Origin: Myxococcota bacterium
GTDB lineage: Bacteria; Myxococcota_A; Polyangia; Polyangiales; Sandaracinaceae
NCBI GenBank assembly: GCA_036149055.1
Contig: JAYZQJ010000009.1
Span: forward strand, 38,436-102,435
Length of the DNA: 64,000 nucleotides
Direction: 5' to 3'
Within the stretch, counting starts at the first letter, position 1. Every line of letters begins with the position of its first letter. The position numbers and the translations under genes are program-made. Of this stretch, positions 58,486 to 64,000 are shown in pieces. The notes below the pieces were generated by a model. It saw nothing but the letters and a program-made list of their open reading frames with translations. It made no database searches and was not told where the DNA came from.

Positions 58486-61400
58486 GAGCGGTCTCCGAGG
58501 AGGGCGCGGTGAGCTTCGACGTCGTGCAGGAACCGCTCGCGCCAGTGGCGATCCCCGATGCGCGCGGCCGCGCTCTCGACGCTGGCCCGGCCCCGGGCGC
58601 GGGCGCGCGCGGCGTCGTCGGCCCGCCCGGTCGCCTCGAAGGCGTCGCCGAGCACCCGGAAGAGCGCGCCGCCGTCCTCCTCCATGCCGCCGAGGGCGTC
58701 GCTGAGCGCGAGCGCCCGGCGCGCGTGACGGAGCGCGGCGGCCGCGTCGCCGGCGGCGAAGGCGTGCTCGGCGAGGGCGAGGCGGGCGAGGGCCTCGAGG
58801 CTGTCGAAGCCGAGCTGGGCCGCGCGCTCGGCGGCCGCCTCCGCCCCCGCGCGGGCCTCCTCGAGCCTCCCGCGGGCGGCGGCGAGCCGGCTCCGGTAGA
58901 CGTGGGTGGCGATCGCGAGCCGGCTCTCGCCGACCTCCTCGGCGATCTCGGTCGCCTCCTCGAGCGCGCGCGCGGCCTCCGCGTCGCGGCCCTCCTTGGC
59001 GAGCGCGTAGCCGAGGTTGGCGAGCCCATAGCCCTCCATCAGCCGGCTGGCGCCGACCCGCCGGCAGTCCGCGAGCCCCGCCTCGAGGGCCGGCACCGCC
59101 TCGTCGTGCGCGCCGACGCGGTTGTAGAGATCGGCGAGGTTGAGCGAGGCCTCGGCCGCGCGCCGCGGGTCGCCGAGCTCGCGGTAGAGCTCGACCGCGG
59201 CCCAGTAGGCGTTCCGGGCCGCGCCGAGGTCGCCGATCATGCTCGCGAGCTGCCCGCGCCAGATCGCGGCGTCGGCGCGGAGGCCGCTGGCTCGGGTCAG
59301 GACGAGCCGCTCGGCCGCCCGGAGCTGCTCGGCCGCGCGCTCGGTCTCGCCGGCGTAGGTGAGCGCGACCGCGTGCTTGCCGAGGGCCCGGGCGAGCGCC
59401 TCGGCGTCGCCCTCCGCGTCCTCGAGCGCCTTCTCCAGGAGCGGCAGCGCCTCGCCGGACTGCCCGAGCCGCTGCAGCGCCACCGCGCGATCGGTCCGCA
59501 CCCGCGCCCGGGTCGGCCCCTCGCACTCGCGCTCGGCGGCCGCGAGCAGCGCCTCCTGCTCGCCGAGGCGACCGCGGACCTCGAGCACCTCGGCCACCGC
59601 GATCCGCACGTCGAGCGCGCTCCCGAGCCCGAGGGCCAGCGCCCGCTCGCCGGCCCGCAGCGTGCGCGCGAGATCGCCGGCGCGCTTCGCCTCGAGGCAG
59701 GCCTCGCCGTAGACACGCGCCGCGTCCTTCGTCCGCCCGCCGAGCTCGAGGTGGCGGGCGATCTCCTCGCGCGGGACCCGGCCCTCGAGCCGCTCCGCCG
59801 CCCGGCGGTGGAGCTCTCGGCGCGCCTCGTCGCCCAGCATGCGGCGGGCCACGTCGGCGTAGAGCGGGGTGGCCAGCGCGTAGACCCGCTCCTCTCCCTC
59901 CACCCCGCTGGCGGAGAGCAGCCCGCGGGCCACGAGGTCGTCGAGGTCCTCGCGCGCCGCCTCGACCTCGAGCGCGGCGAGATCGGCCGCGGTGAAGGGG
60001 ACGCCGAAGAGGGCGCCGCGCTTCACCGCCTCGCGCAGCCCGGGGGCGAGCTCGTCGAGCCGCGCCTGCACCGCGCCCTCGATGCTGGGAGGCAGCGGGA
60101 GATCCCCGTCCTGCGCGCCGACCGCGCGCCCGAGCTGCTCGACGAAGAGCGGGTTGCCGCCGGTGTGCGCGTGGATGCGCTCCGCGATCGCGTCGGCGCG
60201 CGCCTCACCGACGATCGCGCCCAGCAGCCGCCTCGTCTCGCCGCGCTTGAGCGCCCGCGGGCGCACCCGGGTGATCTCCGCGCCCTCGAGCCACGGGGCG
60301 TCGGGCGCCTGACGGCCGGCGAGCGCGATCAGGATCGGGGCGCGGCTCGCGGCGAGCGCGCCGAGCACGTCGAGGGACGGGCCGTCGGCCCACTGCGCGT
60401 CGTCGATCAGGAGCGCCAGCGGGCGGAGCCGCGCGAGGCCCTCGATCACGTCCAGGGCCGCGACCCGCGCGCGGTCGGTGGTCAGGCGGGCGTCGCCGCT
60501 CGCGGGGGCGAGGCCGAAGAGCACCCGGAGGGTCGGCAGGTGCCGGGCGCCGCCCTCCTCGCCGCAGGCGGCGACCGCGAGCGCGTGCACCGCGGCCTCG
60601 GCGATCGCCGCGCCGGCCCGGTCGTCGACCCCGGCGAAGTCGCGCAGCAGCGCGCGGATCACCGCGTGATCGGCGTCGCGCTCCCGGGTCCGCCCGCGCA
60701 GCACGCGCCACTCGTCCCGGAGCGCCTCGGCGAGCGCGTCGAGCAGCCGCGACTTGCCGACCCCGGGCGCCCCGTCGACGAGGGCCACCGCCGGCGCGCG
60801 CTCGTCCAGGACGTCGTCGGCGGCCTCGGTGAGCTGGGCGAGCTCCGCGCGGCGGCCGAGGAGGGGCAGCGCGGGCGCGACGCGGCCCCGGCGGATGCGC
60901 GCGCGGCCGCCCTCGAGCTCGCAGCCGATCTCGGTGAGGCGCGCGTGCGCGAGCGAGGGCGCGATCCAGGCGCCCGGCGCGTCGTGCGCGAGCATCTCGG
61001 CGAGCTCCTCCGAGAGCTCGACCTCGCCGCCGCTCAGCACCGCTGGGCCCACCGCCACCCGCGCGGCCTCGTCGGCGAGCGCGAGCGCGCACAGCCCGGC
61101 GCGGTCGACGAGGTCGCCGCTCCAGGTGCCGTCGCCGAAGACGAAGCGGCCGCGCTCCCCGGGCACCACCTTCGCCCCGGCCGCGGTGGCCCGCGCCTCG
61201 AGGCGCGCGGGCTCGCCGCCGATGGCGACGACCGCCACCGCCACCCGCCGCTCGGCGTCGCCGAGGGGGCGCGCGGTGGTCCGTCGCGTGGTGGCGGCGT
61301 GCGAGCGGAGCGCGTCGCGGAGCTCGCCCATCGTCTGCGGGCGGGCGTCGGGATCGGGGTCGAGCGCGCGGCGGACCAGGAGATCGAGCGCGGGCTTCAC

Positions 61401-62321
61401 GTCCGGCCGCTCGATCGGCGCGACCGATCCTTCGAGGATGGCGGCGAGGAGCGCGGGCAGGTTGCTCGCGGTGTGGGGGAGCCGGCCGGTGAGGCAGCGG
61501 TAGAGGATCGCGCCGAGCGCGTAGACGTCGCTCCGCGCGTCGGCGGCCGCGCCGTCTCCGAGCTGCTCGGGCGCCATGTACGCTGGCGTGCCGAGCAGGA
61601 CGCCGGAGCGCGTGTCGGGGCTGGTCTGGAGCGCGCCGCGGACCTTGCTGATCCCGAAGTCGAGCACCTTCACCTCGCCCGCGTCGGTGAGGAAGACGTT
61701 CGCGGGCTTGAGGTCGCGGTGCACGATCTCGAGGGCGTGGGCGGCCGCCACCGCGTCGGCGATCGCCACCGCCACGTCGATGGCCTCGGCGACCGGGAGC
61801 GGGCCGCGCGCGGCGAGCTCGGTCTCGAGGTCGCGGCCGTCGAGCAGCTCGAGCACGAGGAAGGGCGCGCCGCCTTCGGTCCGGCCGATGTCGAGCGCGC
61901 GCACGATGCCCGGGTGGCCGATCGCGCCGGCCGCGCGCGCCTCGTTGCGGAAGCGCTGCAGCACCTCGCGGCGCGCGGCGAGCTCGGGGTGGAGGAGCTT
62001 CACCGCCACCCGCCGGCCGATGAGCTCGTGCTCGGCCTCGTAGACCGCGCCCATGCCGCCGCTGCCGATCACCCGCAGCACGCGGTAGCGCCCGCCGAGG
62101 ACCGCGCCGACGTGGGGGTCGGGGCCGGCCTCGAACATCTCGGGGGTGAGCGTGTCGGGGATCGAGATGACCGGCTTGCCCTCGGCGGCGCGGGCCAGCG
62201 CGCCGAGCCGCCCCCGGCAGTGCGCGCACGCGTCCAGGGCCGCCTCGACGGCGCCGCGCGCGGCCGTGTCGAGCTGGCCGGCCACGAAGGCTTCGAGCGC
62301 CGCGTCGTCCGCACAGACCAT
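58482..62321 (-). CDS. Zn-finger(ZAS-like)-Ser/Thr kinase-STAND ATPase-TPR signalling protein
   Basis: CADDAALEAFVAGQL..ALDACAHC; HRDLKPAN; DFG; LLGRRAEL; GAPGVGKS; LLIDDAQWAD; GGNPLF; TPR-like C-terminus. Confidence 0.9.
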   Translation of the reverse strand: MVCADDAALEAFVAGQLDTAARGAVEAALDACAHCRGRLGALARAAEGKPVISIPDTLTPEMFEAGPDPHVGAVLGGRYRVLRVIGSGGMGAVYEAEHELIGRRVAVKLLHPELAARREVLQRFRNEARAAGAIGHPGIVRALDIGRTEGGAPFLVLELLDGRDLETELAARGPLPVAEAIDVAVAIADAVAAAHALEIVHRDLKPANVFLTDAGEVKVLDFGISKVRGALQTSPDTRSGVLLGTPAYMAPEQLGDGAAADARSDVYALGAILYRCLTGRLPHTASNLPALLAAILEGSVAPIERPDVKPALDLLVRRALDPDPDARPQTMGELRDALRSHAATTRRTTARPLGDAERRVAVAVVAIGGEPARLEARATAAGAKVVPGERGRFVFGDGTWSGDLVDRAGLCALALADEAARVAVGPAVLSGGEVELSEELAEMLAHDAPGAWIAPSLAHARLTEIGCELEGGRARIRRGRVAPALPLLGRRAELAQLTEAADDVLDERAPAVALVDGAPGVGKSRLLDALAEALRDEWRVLRGRTRERDADHAVIRALLRDFAGVDDRAGAAIAEAAVHALAVAACGEEGGARHLPTLRVLFGLAPASGDARLTTDRARVAALDVIEGLARLRPLALLIDDAQWADGPSLDVLGALAASRAPILIALAGRQAPDAPWLEGAEITRVRPRALKRGETRRLLGAIVGEARADAIAERIHAHTGGNPLFVEQLGRAVGAQDGDLPLPPSIEGAVQARLDELAPGLREAVKRGALFGVPFTAADLAALEVEAAREDLDDLVARGLLSASGVEGEERVYALATPLYADVARRMLGDEARRELHRRAAERLEGRVPREEIARHLELGGRTKDAARVYGEACLEAKRAGDLARTLRAGERALALGLGSALDVRIAVAEVLEVRGRLGEQEALLAAAERECEGPTRARVRTDRAVALQRLGQSGEALPLLEKALEDAEGDAEALARALGKHAVALTYAGETERAAEQLRAAERLVLTRASGLRADAAIWRGQLASMIGDLGAARNAYWAAVELYRELGDPRRAAEASLNLADLYNRVGAHDEAVPALEAGLADCRRVGASRLMEGYGLANLGYALAKEGRDAEAARALEEATEIAEEVGESRLAIATHVYRSRLAAARGRLEEARAGAEAAAERAAQLGFDSLEALARLALAEHAFAAGDAAAALRHARRALALSDALGGMEEDGGALFRVLGDAFEATGRADDAARARARGRASVESAAARIGDRHWRERFLHDVEAHRALLGDRS

Positions 62322-62375
62322 GGACGTGGCTGCTGCTATATCAGAGGCGCTCGCGCGCCGCGACGGAGGAGAAGG

Positions 62376-63815
62376 ATGAGACAGATCGGCATCGCGCTGG
62401 GGCTCCTGCTCGCGGCGTGCAGCGACCCTTGCAGCCTCACCGAGGTCCAGGGGCAGCTCGACGGCGCGAGCGCCGGGGCGGTGGTGACGCTCCCCGCGTG
62501 CCGGGTCGAGGGCGAGCTGTCGGTGCCCGCGGGGGTGACCCTGCGCGGCGTGGCCGGCAGCGAGCTCGCGAGCGCGGGCCCGCGCGACATCGTGGTGGAG
62601 CTCGGCCCGGGCGCGGCGCTGGAGTCGGTCGCGCTCGAGGCGGGCGGCCGGGCCGGCGTGGTCGCGCGGGGCGACGCGGCGATCCGGGACGTGACCGTCG
62701 ACGCGCGCCACGGCGTGGGGCTCTACGCGGTGGGCGGAGAGGTGACGATCGAGCGCGTGGCCGTGACCGGCCCGGTGACCCGCGAGGACGCCGCCGACGC
62801 CCGATGGGTGAGCGTCGTCGGCGCGCCGAGCGACGAGGCCTGCGCGGCGGACTGCGAGTGCGAGCCGGGCGAGGTCGACGCGGCCGAGGACCGGGTGTGC
62901 GCGGCCGGGCGGTGGCGGACCTGGGCGGCGACGATCGGGCTCTACGCCCGCGACGCCACGCTCACGCTCGACGACGTGACGATCGCGGGGATGGCGGAGA
63001 CGGGCGTGCTCGCCGACGGCGCGCGGCTCACCTGGAGCGGCGGCGGGGTGCGCGACGTGATCGGCGTCGGCGTCCTCCTCCGGGGCGGCACCTCCTCGCT
63101 GACCGACGTGACGGTCGAGCGCGTGGTCGCCGGCTTGCGCGGCGTGCCGAGCTACGGGGTCATCGCCACCGACGCGCACGCGATGACGAGCGCGCGCCTG
63201 ACGGTGGCCGACGGAGAGCGCTTCGGCGTGCTGATGCTCGACGCCTCGGCCGAGCACGACGCGCTGACCGCGCGAGGCAACGGCGACGTCGCGGTCTGGA
63301 TCGGCGACGCGGCCGGCGTCTCGATCACCGGCGCCTCGCGGGTCGAGGGCAACGGCTTCGCGGGCGTGGTGGTCAGCGAGTCGCGCGACGTCACGCTCGA
63401 CGGGCTGACCGTCGCGATGACCTCCACCGTGCGCCGCAGCGTCGGCGCCTTCGGGGTGCAGGAGATCGGCGACGGCGTGCAGCTGAGCGGCAACCTCGGG
63501 GACGTGGCGCTCCGCGAGGTGCGGGTCGAGGGCAACGCGCGCGTCGGGCTCCTCGCCGACGTCACCCCCGGCCTGTCGTTCACGGACGTGACCGTCGACG
63601 CGAGCGGCGCGGCCTTCGGCGCGCTCGGGGGGACCCGCGACGCGGGCGCGGGCGAGGTCACGATCACGAGCCCGGCCGGCTGGGACACCGGCATCACCCG
63701 GGCCGGCGCCGCGGTGGCCAACGACCCCACCGCGAGCGGCGCCTTCGACGCGATCGTCACCGCGCTCCCCGACGGCGTCGCCGGCGCCACCGGCATCATC
63801 GGCCCGATGTATTGA
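62376..63815 (+). CDS. Right-handed parallel beta-helix lipoprotein
   Basis: LAAC lipobox; repetitive beta-coil units; GGAGGAG RBS. Confidence 0.78.
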   Translation: MRQIGIALGLLLAACSDPCSLTEVQGQLDGASAGAVVTLPACRVEGELSVPAGVTLRGVAGSELASAGPRDIVVELGPGAALESVALEAGGRAGVVARGDAAIRDVTVDARHGVGLYAVGGEVTIERVAVTGPVTREDAADARWVSVVGAPSDEACAADCECEPGEVDAAEDRVCAAGRWRTWAATIGLYARDATLTLDDVTIAGMAETGVLADGARLTWSGGGVRDVIGVGVLLRGGTSSLTDVTVERVVAGLRGVPSYGVIATDAHAMTSARLTVADGERFGVLMLDASAEHDALTARGNGDVAVWIGDAAGVSITGASRVEGNGFAGVVVSESRDVTLDGLTVAMTSTVRRSVGAFGVQEIGDGVQLSGNLGDVALREVRVEGNARVGLLADVTPGLSFTDVTVDASGAAFGALGGTRDAGAGEVTITSPAGWDTGITRAGAAVANDPTASGAFDAIVTALPDGVAGATGIIGPMY

Positions 63816-63822
63816 GCTTTTT

Positions 63823-63990
63823 GGAGGGTTTGGTGCAAACCCTCCCCCCATTGGGCAAAGCGCCAATGGGGCCCCCCTCCCGACCCGGCGGGCGCGTCGC
63901 GCTACGCGCTCGCGCCGCGACCCCAGCGACGGGGCGCTGGGGGCCCTGCGGCTCGCGCTCGCGCTGCGCGCGAGCTGGCCGCCCGCTGCC
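63823..63990. repeat. Cluster of tandem hairpins (REP-like)
   Basis: GGAGGGTTTG-GTG-CAAACCCTCC; CCCCATTGG...CCAATGGGG; CCCCAGCG...CGCTGGGG. Confidence 0.5.
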
Positions 63991-64000
63991 GCGGGATCGA

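Overview
Very GC-rich bacterial DNA whose gene content (many Ser/Thr kinases, PEGA and Cys/Asp-rich lipoproteins, sigma-54 enhancer-binding protein, PilY1) points to a myxobacterium; this is inferred, not searched. Left to right: (1) a CzcCBA-type RND efflux operon with a divergent kinase/sigma-54 regulator pair; (2) an accessory region, about 8-22.5 kb, ending at the 3' side of tRNA-Leu(CAG), with Fic, XRE-IrrE/PIN, SelO and several orphan immunity-like genes; (3) a minor pilin/PilY1 cluster; (4) a tightly coupled five-gene operon of two unknowns, a RavA-like MoxR ATPase, a vWA protein and a TPR/SNAP-like-HEAT protein, which is the best candidate for an undescribed system; (5) small stress genes; (6) a kinase-PEGA-vWA lipoprotein operon; (7) an acyl-CoA ligase, gpt and speA; (8) an ECF sigma factor next to a zinc-finger-kinase-STAND-TPR protein and two beta-helix lipoproteins. 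A dispersed GGGGACGGAGTGAACTTGTGAACT repeat occurs five times, including one 100-bp element with perfect 24-bp inverted ends. Many genes appear leaderless. All family names come from recognising motifs by eye, and start codons were adjusted by hand.
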